IMG/VR virus record: IMGVR_UViG_3300012909_000005
Coordinates: 1 to 63,888 of that record
Source of the DNA: a virus
Taxonomy: Duplodnaviria > Caudoviricetes
Reading direction: 5' to 3' (one strand)
Length of the DNA: 63,888 nucleotides
Positions within the stretch are counted from its first letter, which is position 1. Every line of letters starts with the position of its first letter. Under the pieces are notes generated by a model. The model ran no database searches and was not told where the DNA came from. It worked only from the letters and a program-made list of their open reading frames with translations. Positions 16,651 to 26,116 of this stretch are shown here, one piece after another. Both the position numbers and the translations under genes were made by a program.

Positions 16651-17913
16651 TTATTCAAAAAGAGCTTCTTTTCTTAATATGTCTGCTATCTTAAATCTTG
16701 GGACTATATGCTTATATGCGCCACCTGGGTCTACCGCTTTGCCGGGATTAGTCTCCATGTATTTGTCGTCTTTTAAAAGGCCCTTGGATTGGTAGTAGTT
16801 CAGCATTTTGTGATAAGTCCCCGGCCCTCCATTGAAAGCAATAAGCGTAAAAAATTGCTTAGCTTTAGGAGAAAGTTCTACCCCTTTTGACTTTGCGTAT
16901 TTTTCGGTGTCATCTTGGAACATCTTTACATAGGCTGCTTTTGCCATTATTGCATCATCAACCGTCTTGAAGTTGGCAGAATTTACTTTTTCGCTATTTT
17001 CTGGGTTTACTTGCGTGGCTTTTTCGTAATCAAAATTCTTAGGAAGATATCCTCTTTTTACAAGTTCCGGGAACACATCATGGAAATGATCTAATCCAAA
17101 ATTATGGAACCCATCGACGGGGTGTGTTTTGCTGTCGCTTTGATCAAATTTACCATTCTTATCAGGAAACACGCCGCTGCCTCCTTCTTCCATCGTTGAG
17201 GAATATAGTAATGCTGGGTCTAAGCCGAATTTGGATGCCGCCTTGACAGTAGCATTTTTCATCGTATCTACCCCATCATCAGGAACTTCGTTAACGTGAA
17301 TAATAGCATCTCCACGTCCTTGAACTACATCTCCATGCTTTTTTCTAATCTGCTGTAGATAATTAAATCTGGCCTTAGGGTCATCATAGTTGGGTAGTGG
17401 AATTCTATCAGAAGATGGAGCAATGGAAGGTTTTAGCGCATTAGGATTAAGCCTGTTTACGTACTTCTCTATATCTGTTCCGTATCCATCTTTCATGGGG
17501 TAATATAGCTTGGCCGTTTTGCCTGTAAAATCACCTTGCGTATCCACATCTCTATTTAGATAATTTTCAGGCAACCCCTGACGCAAATACTTTAATTGTT
17601 CGGGCTTTAGACTTCCGAATGCATCCCCTTTTCTTATTTGATATTGTTCGTATTTAATTGCTGGTAAAAGATCGGGAGTTATAGAAAAAGTCGGGTCTTG
17701 TTTTCTGTATTGGTTCATTAAGTTAATCCCAGCTTTCGGGTCCTTATCAAAATCAACTCCTTTTTGTTGATTGGCATATTCAAGGAAGTTATTCCATTGA
17801 TCCCGTTGCTGTGGGGTAGTTGTTTTATAATTCTTTGGCGCAGCCGGTTTTGCCGGAGGATCACCACCTCCGCCTTCAATTTCTCCTTCTAATATGTAAT
17901 ACTTTCTAATCAT
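16651..17913 (-). CDS. Ejection protein with lysozyme/lytic-transglycosylase-like C-terminal domain
   Basis: AASKFGLDPALLYSSTMEEG, NFGLD and IAFNGGPG resemble SLT motifs I-III. Confidence 0.65.
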   Translation of the reverse strand: MIRKYYILEGEIEGGGGDPPAKPAAPKNYKTTTPQQRDQWNNFLEYANQQKGVDFDKDPKAGINLMNQYRKQDPTFSITPDLLPAIKYEQYQIRKGDAFGSLKPEQLKYLRQGLPENYLNRDVDTQGDFTGKTAKLYYPMKDGYGTDIEKYVNRLNPNALKPSIAPSSDRIPLPNYDDPKARFNYLQQIRKKHGDVVQGRGDAIIHVNEVPDDGVDTMKNATVKAASKFGLDPALLYSSTMEEGGSGVFPDKNGKFDQSDSKTHPVDGFHNFGLDHFHDVFPELVKRGYLPKNFDYEKATQVNPENSEKVNSANFKTVDDAIMAKAAYVKMFQDDTEKYAKSKGVELSPKAKQFFTLIAFNGGPGTYHKMLNYYQSKGLLKDDKYMETNPGKAVDPGGAYKHIVPRFKIADILRKEALFE

Positions 17914-20900
17914 TTATGATTCCTTTCTGGGTGTTCTCCTGAATTAGTTTTCTTTTTCCCACTGGCAGAGACATTTGAGTCATATGTTTGAACGCCCACT
18001 CCAAACATAGAGGGAATCCCTACACCTAATGCCCCCGCCACACCTCTATCCTTAGCGGCTTCTACTATATCGTTAATAACAAGTGGCATTACATTCTTTT
18101 TTAATTCCCCCAATGGAGTTACCGGTTTGCCTAAAACATCTTTTTGATCTGCTAGGTTAACAATAGACCCAGGAACGGGAGCTAATTTACCTCTTGCGAA
18201 TCGCTCCAAAATAGTCCATCTTGTTTGACCAAATACCGGTTTACCTGTCTTGGTTTTTGCAGGACCACTAATAAGTCTGCTGGCCAGCGTTATATACTGT
18301 TGAAATCCCCCCCAAATATCCCATCTTGTATTACCTACTTTTATTTTTCCGAAATCTGATTTATGTGGATCATCTTCTACTTCTGCACCTCCGGCCTTTG
18401 CTAGGGCAAGAATTGATACTCCAAGTCCTATAAATTTAGCCATATCCTTGAAATACTGAACCCGTATTTCCTTTGGTATCTTGGTATAGAACTTTGGATT
18501 TGCCCAATTGGTTAAAAGGTTCAATCTCGAAGCTATTAATCGAGGGGAAAAAAAAGCAGCATTTAATATAGGCGCTGAATTTTCTAATATTTCCGGCATC
18601 CTTCCACGTCCGGTTGCGGCTCCTATATAATCCGCATAGGCCTTATATAATTCCGGACTATTCTCGAATGTTTTCCCTTCCGAAGCAAATGTATCTACTG
18701 CCCGTCTGAATAAATCAACCCTCATCTTGTTCAAAAAAGTAACATAAGCACGTTCTGAACCTTTTACAAATCTACCAATAAGAGGTATTTTTTCTGCTAA
18801 ATTACTCATGAATGCCTCTTCTTTCACACTTAATTTAGGATCATGCGGATCAGACAATGGCAATCCAGATTTTTGCATTGTTTCATAGTCTGGTGATTCT
18901 TTTAATTCCATGAACCAGTTATCAAATTTCTTTTGAGAAAATGCCACTTTAAACATCTGGCTAAACTGCTTTCCCAAATCACCGGGCCTAGAAAAAAGTT
19001 GCTTTGTTACCCCAAATATACCTTGCCTTAATGGCGCGGAAAAGTCAAGAGAAGACATTAATGATCTTGGAACATTCAATACATTGCCAACTGCATCTCC
19101 CACTTTCTGTAATTTAGACCTGTTGGCATATTCTTGCTTTAATAATCTTATTTCCCGATCCTGCCGTAATCCATTTAATTTAGTCTTTAAACCCTTAGCC
19201 TCTTTATCCAGCTCTATTGGGTCTTTTTCTGGCTTAGAAAAATCGCCAGTTTCAAGTTGTTTTTCGACTTCCTTAATCTGCCGCTCTGTCACCGATTTGG
19301 TTTTTGCCAATCTAGACAAAGGATGTTCCGCTATTTTCTTTTTTATATCAGCAATCTCCTTATTTCGTTCAATCTTTTCTTTTTCATTCTTAGGCCCAAT
19401 CCCGTTATTTAAATCTTCGAGCCTGTTTTGTAATCTGGCCAAAGTGTTTAAATCCCTGATTTTAGCCCTCAATTCACTTTTAGTTGCCTTTTTATCATTG
19501 TATTCACCTGCTATTATATCATGAACATTCTTTTCGGTCAGTCCTTCAACTATATCCTTGAATTGCTCATGAACCGCCTTCACAACATCCTCCAATTTAT
19601 CTACTCCCTCCGAAACAAGGCTTTCTACCATTTTTTTAACATGCGGCGCTATCGCGGCTAATTGCGCCAATCCTGGCACAGATGCAGTCAGCCCATCGCC
19701 ACCCTTTGCGGACTTCAACAATGCCTCTCTTGCCTTGGCAAGTATGTCCTTTCTTTCCTGCACATAATCTGCATGAGCCTTTTTAGTGCCCTTTGTAGTT
19801 ATTGCCTTAAATGCCTTCTCTGCCTTAGCCTTTGATTTTTGTTCTTCGAATTCCTGTATCTTTTTATCCAACTCAATTTTGGCTGCCTGTATATCGTCAT
19901 ACTCTTTTTTAATGGACGCCTTTTGTTCTTTAGTCAACTCATCCACCTTCAAAGATTCCATATCTGCCACCATATAATCAGCTAAGGAATCTTCTACCGG
20001 AACTAACCCCTTACGGGCTACAAGGCTTTTCGCTACTTCTCTTCCCCCTATTGTATCGCTTAATTCCTTGGCATGTTTCATTTCTGCTAGCAGTTCGTTG
20101 GTCGGTGTTTTTTCAATCTTCGCCTTTAACGATGCCATATATCGCATCATGACCCTTTGATCTATTTTATCTGGCTCAATTCGATTTTCTAATTTACGAA
20201 TTAGCTTTGGAATAGTCTGTGGGTCTTCCCTCAAACGCCTGTCGGCTTCGGCATCCCATTCTTTTACTGTCTCAGGATTCTTTTCATACGTATCTAATCC
20301 AAACTGTTGGGCTATTTTGTCTGTTTCCACATGGGTAATCCCCGTAAGCTCTTCATTACTTACTTTTTTACTTTTACCTTCACCTTGGGGGCCTTCTCCG
20401 GTAGTGCTTTCTGGCTTGGCGTTTCCTTGGCCCATTCCTTCGCCCATGGCTTGTGATTCGCGAACGCCCATTTCTCCTGGGCTTTGCTCTTGAATGGCAT
20501 TGTCTTTAAGTTTAACGTTAACAATATTGGGTGTAGATACCGTTACTCTTGGTTTTTCTGGTTTTGGATTATTTATTTCATCCAACTTTTCATTAATGCC
20601 GTCTAATTCCTCTTGTCTAGTTTTCTTTTCCAGCGGAGTTAGCGTAGATGTCCCGTCCTCCCCGGGGGTTAATTCATCCGTTAACTCCCGCTTACGTTGC
20701 ATCAGATTTTCTTTCTCAGATTTCGGGTCAAGGATGGCATTATTATCAATATCGATACCTAGTTTAATCCCCTCCAATTTCGCTTTCTGGGCATCCGGTA
20801 AATCCCCCTTAATCCCATCAATCTTGTTTTTTATGACAAGGTTGTATAGGTAATCAGATCGCTGCTGATCGGTTAATGGCTTCCCCTTTGAATCTTCGGT

Positions 20901-23210
20901 CGGGACGCTGTCAATCAGTTTCGAAATTTGTTTTATGATTTGCTTTCTTTGATCGGCTATTTGCGTGGTTATTTCTCCGGATTTAACCGCGTCGTCAATT
21001 CTCTCATTAGCTAACCTCGGATTATCCCCTAACTCCCATACGCGCCCCTTTTCTTCTGGGGAAACTGTTTTGAAGTTACTAATCCCATGCAATCCCAGTA
21101 AGGCCAAGGAACTTGTTGTTATGTTCTTGGTTGCTTTTACAGCATCATTCAAAATATCTTCGCCGCTCTTATTACTATTGAAAAACCCCTTGTTAGCTAA
21201 ATCGCTGGCAATAGAGGTCCCGGCCCCATATGTAAGGCCCATTTTAGCAGCTTCCTGCGCGACGCCTCCCAAGGATGATTTTATTTTATTTATAATGGGC
21301 TTATTTTTGGATACAATACCATTCCAAGTATCTTCGCTTACCCCAGCCAGAGCCTTCCCAAGTTCCGTTTTGCCGCCTAACGCTCTTTTGACTATACTCA
21401 AATCTGGGTTAATAATTCCGGCAGCCATCATTATAGCCGCATGGGTATTGGCATAGGCCATGGGATTAGTTTTACCTTGCTCCAAGGCTTCCCTATAAAA
21501 ATCACTTTGTGTATTTAAATACATAGGGATGGTACTAGATAGCAATTTAGGCAACCCTATTCCTTCTGATCCTGCCGCCTGGGCTGCAATAGAAGCAATA
21601 TCCCCAATCATCCCCGCGTTCTTATAAAGTGTAGCCTTGCTAAATAGATTCGCGGATTTCCCATATTTGGCTGTATTGGTAATGGTATGGACTTGGTCTG
21701 GATATGCTTTTACCAATTGTATCAATGCCTTTTTTTTATCTTCTTCGCTTATCGATTTATTATTTTTTATAGCCTTGGCAGCATCTTCTAAGTATTTATC
21801 GAATTTATATACCATGGGGGAGCCTTCCGGTTTATCTGCCTCAGGTAGGTAGAATTTATTTTTTTCTTGTTCAGTTTGTCCTAGCAAACCTAAATTTACG
21901 TCCGCTACATCTTGATCATCACCTAATGCATTCACCATAGCAATTTGCACAGATTCCCCAGCCTTTCCAATACCTCTACCAAATTTATTCAATGCATAGC
22001 TAAGGACTCCCATATCAGCCTCTCCGGACAATTCCTTAGCTTGGCGCTCGAATTCTAAATCCTTCATATACGGGAACCGGGTTGCGTCCTTTTGCGTATC
22101 TTCGTTCATCGATTCAATAAGAGCCTTATTGTGTAGCCATTGTTGCGAGATATCATTCTTCTCTTCATCCGTCTGTGCGTTCCTATATGCCTTGTCGAGA
22201 TCGTATTGGCTTTCGTTAATGTACCTTTCCGTATTCTTTCGGCCAATATCCAAAAGTTCTTTCCTGATTTTTTCTAACCCTATTTTCTGTTCAACTGCAA
22301 GGTTTGATTCATTTTCCTTTGCCACATTGTAGATTAATCCGGAATATAATTTAGCTTTTTGAGGGTCGAAGGCTTCCAGGCTCTTTAATCCGGCATATTG
22401 CATTGCGTTTAGCTGCCCTTTTATTTCTTCATTCCCGTTGTATTCATCTACAATTTCAGGATTTACGGCATTGAATGCAGATGACCTATTTCTTTCTAGG
22501 TTAGCCAAAGCCTTAGCCCTTTCAGGACCAGAAAGATTTGACAATATCATTTCTTGTTGTTCGTAAATATTCCTTTTAAGGTGATTCAAATCCTGTATAG
22601 GATCATCCTGTGTCCCTTGTAGATGATTGTATTCATTGGCTACGTGTACGCCCCCCTTTTTGGCAAGCAATTTTACATTTTCATCCGCTGATTTTAACCG
22701 ACTGTATGACTCAGGGTTATCGCTTAATAATTGAGATTTTCTCTTAATGGATTCCTCATCAACGTCATCCGGGAAATCTTGCAAAACAGCCTTAGCTTTA
22801 TCCGGCGTTGCCCCTATTCTGTCGCCCAGTTCCTTAGTTGCCTTTTCGTATTGATCCCCATAGGCTTTTTTATCGGCTATTGCGGCTGTATTGTCAACGG
22901 GGACACCGGCACTACCGGATACCGGATCGAATTGTGGACTTGTTTCAGGGATTTCCTGATTAGCCATTTCATTTAGATGCCGTATATCATGGATTGAATT
23001 ATGGCTTATTTCATGTTCTGGGTATTCTACTTTAGGTTGTTCAACTGGGGGCTGAGAAGCTGGGACTTGGTAATTAACCATATCCTTATACTCAGGATAT
23101 TTCTCAACTATCCGTTGGGTTAACAACGTATCATTAATATCCTTATAATCAGGGTATTTAGCCTTGATCTTTGCTGCGAAGTCTTGTATGGATAGTTTGT
23201 TTACCGGCAT
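17910..23210 (-). CDS. Large internal virion/DNA-ejection protein (1766 aa)
   Basis: Helical, K/E-rich; C-terminal DPHKSDFGKIKVGNTRWDIWGG segment typical of large phage injection proteins; follows nozzle. Confidence 0.7.
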   Translation of the reverse strand: MPVNKLSIQDFAAKIKAKYPDYKDINDTLLTQRIVEKYPEYKDMVNYQVPASQPPVEQPKVEYPEHEISHNSIHDIRHLNEMANQEIPETSPQFDPVSGSAGVPVDNTAAIADKKAYGDQYEKATKELGDRIGATPDKAKAVLQDFPDDVDEESIKRKSQLLSDNPESYSRLKSADENVKLLAKKGGVHVANEYNHLQGTQDDPIQDLNHLKRNIYEQQEMILSNLSGPERAKALANLERNRSSAFNAVNPEIVDEYNGNEEIKGQLNAMQYAGLKSLEAFDPQKAKLYSGLIYNVAKENESNLAVEQKIGLEKIRKELLDIGRKNTERYINESQYDLDKAYRNAQTDEEKNDISQQWLHNKALIESMNEDTQKDATRFPYMKDLEFERQAKELSGEADMGVLSYALNKFGRGIGKAGESVQIAMVNALGDDQDVADVNLGLLGQTEQEKNKFYLPEADKPEGSPMVYKFDKYLEDAAKAIKNNKSISEEDKKKALIQLVKAYPDQVHTITNTAKYGKSANLFSKATLYKNAGMIGDIASIAAQAAGSEGIGLPKLLSSTIPMYLNTQSDFYREALEQGKTNPMAYANTHAAIMMAAGIINPDLSIVKRALGGKTELGKALAGVSEDTWNGIVSKNKPIINKIKSSLGGVAQEAAKMGLTYGAGTSIASDLANKGFFNSNKSGEDILNDAVKATKNITTSSLALLGLHGISNFKTVSPEEKGRVWELGDNPRLANERIDDAVKSGEITTQIADQRKQIIKQISKLIDSVPTEDSKGKPLTDQQRSDYLYNLVIKNKIDGIKGDLPDAQKAKLEGIKLGIDIDNNAILDPKSEKENLMQRKRELTDELTPGEDGTSTLTPLEKKTRQEELDGINEKLDEINNPKPEKPRVTVSTPNIVNVKLKDNAIQEQSPGEMGVRESQAMGEGMGQGNAKPESTTGEGPQGEGKSKKVSNEELTGITHVETDKIAQQFGLDTYEKNPETVKEWDAEADRRLREDPQTIPKLIRKLENRIEPDKIDQRVMMRYMASLKAKIEKTPTNELLAEMKHAKELSDTIGGREVAKSLVARKGLVPVEDSLADYMVADMESLKVDELTKEQKASIKKEYDDIQAAKIELDKKIQEFEEQKSKAKAEKAFKAITTKGTKKAHADYVQERKDILAKAREALLKSAKGGDGLTASVPGLAQLAAIAPHVKKMVESLVSEGVDKLEDVVKAVHEQFKDIVEGLTEKNVHDIIAGEYNDKKATKSELRAKIRDLNTLARLQNRLEDLNNGIGPKNEKEKIERNKEIADIKKKIAEHPLSRLAKTKSVTERQIKEVEKQLETGDFSKPEKDPIELDKEAKGLKTKLNGLRQDREIRLLKQEYANRSKLQKVGDAVGNVLNVPRSLMSSLDFSAPLRQGIFGVTKQLFSRPGDLGKQFSQMFKVAFSQKKFDNWFMELKESPDYETMQKSGLPLSDPHDPKLSVKEEAFMSNLAEKIPLIGRFVKGSERAYVTFLNKMRVDLFRRAVDTFASEGKTFENSPELYKAYADYIGAATGRGRMPEILENSAPILNAAFFSPRLIASRLNLLTNWANPKFYTKIPKEIRVQYFKDMAKFIGLGVSILALAKAGGAEVEDDPHKSDFGKIKVGNTRWDIWGGFQQYITLASRLISGPAKTKTGKPVFGQTRWTILERFARGKLAPVPGSIVNLADQKDVLGKPVTPLGELKKNVMPLVINDIVEAAKDRGVAGALGVGIPSMFGVGVQTYDSNVSASGKKKTNSGEHPERNHK

Positions 23211-24592
23211 TAAAATAGTTTCAATGGGTCTTTTGTTGGTTTAGGCGTCGTTGTCCCGCTTCCTAATTGTTTAGAGGCTCCCTTAACACCAGTCAATTCC
23301 TTAGCCAATCTTGCTTTAAATTCCTGAACCAATACTGGCTTGCTGTTTTCTGTGTCTACCGCCCTATTCCCGGTTCCAGATTTAGCGCCTTTATAGAATA
23401 TTGGAGTAATCGTTTTGAAGTCATTTGAAAAATGAATTGCATCAGGATATACGGGATGCCCCTTATCGTCCTTGTATGCAAACATTTTTTTCGTTTCGTT
23501 AGTAGCCGGAGCCTCATATTTAATCTCTGTCTTACCGGCAGCCGTCGTATATGGCTTAGGATTTTGCTTTGCCGCTTCAACCATTGGATTATACAACCCA
23601 TCTATGGAAGACGCCGACTGATCTGCCTTTGCTTGTTTTTTATTGTCTCTATAATCAATGACATCCTTCGATGAAGCATTTCTGGCGGCAATGAGAGTCA
23701 ACGGATTAACCGAAATATTACGCACCACCTCGCGACCTGTTTTATTCGGATGCATACTTAACACATGGGCGGTTGCCATATCTTCCGGCGTGGCTATATC
23801 TTTCCCATAATGTGATTTATATACGTCATTCAAAGCACTATAGTTATTTGACAGCGGATCAGACTCTCCATCTACCATTTGTTTGAAACTAGGATTATTA
23901 TGGTACAAGCTGGCTCCGATGTTCTGCATCCCAGCCAATTGATCAGGATTGAATTTGGTTTTATACTTTATTTTTTCTTGGTTAGTCCCTGGTATTTTTT
24001 GTGGGACGCCATCTACCTCTTCGTTTCCTTTAAATCGGTTCAACAAAGCGCTTAATTGACCTTGTTCCAATACTCCAAATGGTTTTGGATTATAATTTAA
24101 AGCGGTCGGATCTATTCTTTGGTAATTAGGATCGCTAACCGGCAATTCTCCACGTTGTATGTCAGCCAACGTCTTTTCGGTTAGTAACGACTTCTTGGCA
24201 GGGTCCTTGTATATGCTTCCAATTCCGGCAATAGATTTTACTTTTTCTCTGGATTCAGCGGCATGGGCTAACATATCGTTGTACATGGCCATCGATTTTT
24301 GATAGGCTGCCCCTTTGTCTAAAGAAGGCCTAGCAATGGCTTTTTTATTCTGCATGCTAAACGCCTGCCATTCATTCTTCTTCTGCATTAACTCAGGAAT
24401 GTCATTGCTATGCATTCCTACGGGCGTTACATTCTTTCCAAGGTCTCCAAAGTATTTATACAGTGCGTCATCCTGTGCCTGTTGACGTTGTTTTGTTTGA
24501 ATTACGAAATTAGTATAGGGGCTTACATCCAGCGTTACAGCACCACCTGAATACAAATTTGAAGGCAATCCTATTCCTGTGTTTCTAGCCAT
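23210..24592 (-). CDS. Internal virion/ejection protein
   Basis: Position in ejection cluster; Q/K-rich helical. Confidence 0.6.
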   Translation of the reverse strand: MARNTGIGLPSNLYSGGAVTLDVSPYTNFVIQTKQRQQAQDDALYKYFGDLGKNVTPVGMHSNDIPELMQKKNEWQAFSMQNKKAIARPSLDKGAAYQKSMAMYNDMLAHAAESREKVKSIAGIGSIYKDPAKKSLLTEKTLADIQRGELPVSDPNYQRIDPTALNYNPKPFGVLEQGQLSALLNRFKGNEEVDGVPQKIPGTNQEKIKYKTKFNPDQLAGMQNIGASLYHNNPSFKQMVDGESDPLSNNYSALNDVYKSHYGKDIATPEDMATAHVLSMHPNKTGREVVRNISVNPLTLIAARNASSKDVIDYRDNKKQAKADQSASSIDGLYNPMVEAAKQNPKPYTTAAGKTEIKYEAPATNETKKMFAYKDDKGHPVYPDAIHFSNDFKTITPIFYKGAKSGTGNRAVDTENSKPVLVQEFKARLAKELTGVKGASKQLGSGTTTPKPTKDPLKLF

Positions 24593-24601
24593 TATTTTTC
24601 T

Positions 24602-25222
24602 TTAAAAAGTTCCACTGCCGCCGAATGGATCAGCATTTGATTGGCTCCCGCCACCAGTTCCGCCATCTGTTTTAAGAGATTTAAGTTTCGCATAGTTCAT
24701 AGCCCCTCCGAATAGATTTTGGATGCCAGCGCTTAACATTTTATTATACCCACTTGCCTGTCCTCCCAATAGTTGAGCTTGCTTTTGATACGGCATTACT
24801 TTATTATATTGGAACGCTTTTTCATCATCAGCGGCTTTCATTCCCGTTGCTCGACCTAGTTCATTGAATTCCTGATTTCTCTGTCCCTCTGCCGATACTG
24901 CTGCCCTTTGCAAGGCGTTATCCTGAATGGCCACTAACTTCCCGACCCCAGCCAAGGAACTTCTACGCCCCTGCAAGGCATTTAACCCCGCTGCCGTCCC
25001 CGCCATAGCGTTGTTCTTAGCCATGCTATACGCTTGGGTATCGTAGGGATTTGAATTATACCGTGTCAGCGCTTGGGTATAATAATCTCCTATAGCCTTA
25101 TTGGGGGTATATACGGGTGTTTGTAGTTTTTCAAGGGCTTTTTGCTTTTTGCTTGCCTTAATCCCTCCAATTACAGACTGGGTTAACCCGGCTACGGCGA
25201 CGCCTGCTGCTACATAGCTCAT
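24602..25222 (-). CDS. Small ejection protein (Gly/Ala-rich hydrophobic N-terminus)
   Basis: MSYVAAGVAVAGLTQSVIGG, pattern of P22 gp7/T7 gp14-like pilot proteins. Confidence 0.6.
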   Translation of the reverse strand: MSYVAAGVAVAGLTQSVIGGIKASKKQKALEKLQTPVYTPNKAIGDYYTQALTRYNSNPYDTQAYSMAKNNAMAGTAAGLNALQGRRSSLAGVGKLVAIQDNALQRAAVSAEGQRNQEFNELGRATGMKAADDEKAFQYNKVMPYQKQAQLLGGQASGYNKMLSAGIQNLFGGAMNYAKLKSLKTDGGTGGGSQSNADPFGGSGTF

Positions 25223-25695
25223 TGTTCTATCGTTTTATATATGACGTTGTTTTTTATCCGGCCTCCTAAAAGGGGATTTTCTCTCTTATCTAAGATTTCA
25301 TCCTCTATCAATCCAACTGCTTCCAAAATAGATTCTTCTGTTTCATCCTTTGGTTGAATATTTGTTTTATGACAAGTTATCCATACGCAGTTTTCATGAA
25401 TATAAAGGACTCTTCGAGTGTCTGGTAGCGTAATCCCGTAATAGGGTGCTTCAATAAATTGCTCCCCGAAATTCTCACTATAGACGGAAACCTTCCCCTG
25501 CATGACAAAATAAGGGTGCTTTGTCTTGTGGATCATGGATGTAATTAAAGTTCCGGCAGGCATGATAATTTCCCGAATGTACATGCCGGGGACGAACTTA
25601 TGAATCAATGGGCAGTTCACAGGAGGGCAAGCCATCATTGACAATTCCAGTTCGTCAATCTTTTCATTAATTCCTATTTCTTGAATATCATCCAT
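25219..25695 (-). CDS. Cupin-fold phage protein
   Basis: HKFVPGMYIREIIMPAGTLITSMIHKTKHPYFVMQGKVSV...WITCH. Confidence 0.7.
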   Translation of the reverse strand: MDDIQEIGINEKIDELELSMMACPPVNCPLIHKFVPGMYIREIIMPAGTLITSMIHKTKHPYFVMQGKVSVYSENFGEQFIEAPYYGITLPDTRRVLYIHENCVWITCHKTNIQPKDETEESILEAVGLIEDEILDKRENPLLGGRIKNNVIYKTIEQ

Positions 25696-26116
25696 AAATC
25701 AGTCGGGTTATATTGTTATCTTGTCCTTCAACTTGCATTCCCATTTTCAGAAGAAACTTAATGGCCCTCTTATTGGTATTCCATAAAAAACAGGCAAAGC
25801 AACTTTGAAATTCCTTTCTGATCAGAGTAAAGAATTGCCTCAGAAAATGCCTGGTTCTCATAGAAGGGGAAATTGAAAAGCTAATTAATAGGCCGCCTCT
25901 TTTCACGTAGTACCCCACCAAAACACCCTTCTCAAAAATGCCCATATAACTCAATTGGTCGAATTCAGATAGCTTTCTTAGAATGTCTTTTTGGACATCA
26001 TCAATGGTCTCAACCTTTACGTTCGGGTCGTATAGGGATAGGATAGATTTATCTCCTGTGAAGGATATCTTAACCGCCGCCTTTAATTGGTCATATGTAA
26101 TGGGTTTAGAGGTCAT
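25688..26116 (-). CDS. GNAT-like acetyltransferase (T7 gp13-like position)
   Basis: SFSISPSMR...NTNKRAIKFLLKMGM resembles GNAT motifs; directly after the nozzle gene. Confidence 0.6.
   Translation of the reverse strand: MTSKPITYDQLKAAVKISFTGDKSILSLYDPNVKVETIDDVQKDILRKLSEFDQLSYMGIFEKGVLVGYYVKRGGLLISFSISPSMRTRHFLRQFFTLIRKEFQSCFACFLWNTNKRAIKFLLKMGMQVEGQDNNITRLIYG

Noticed and set aside
17910-23210. Virion RNA polymerase
   Set aside because: No DxDGD-type catalytic motif seen; sequence is largely coiled/helical.
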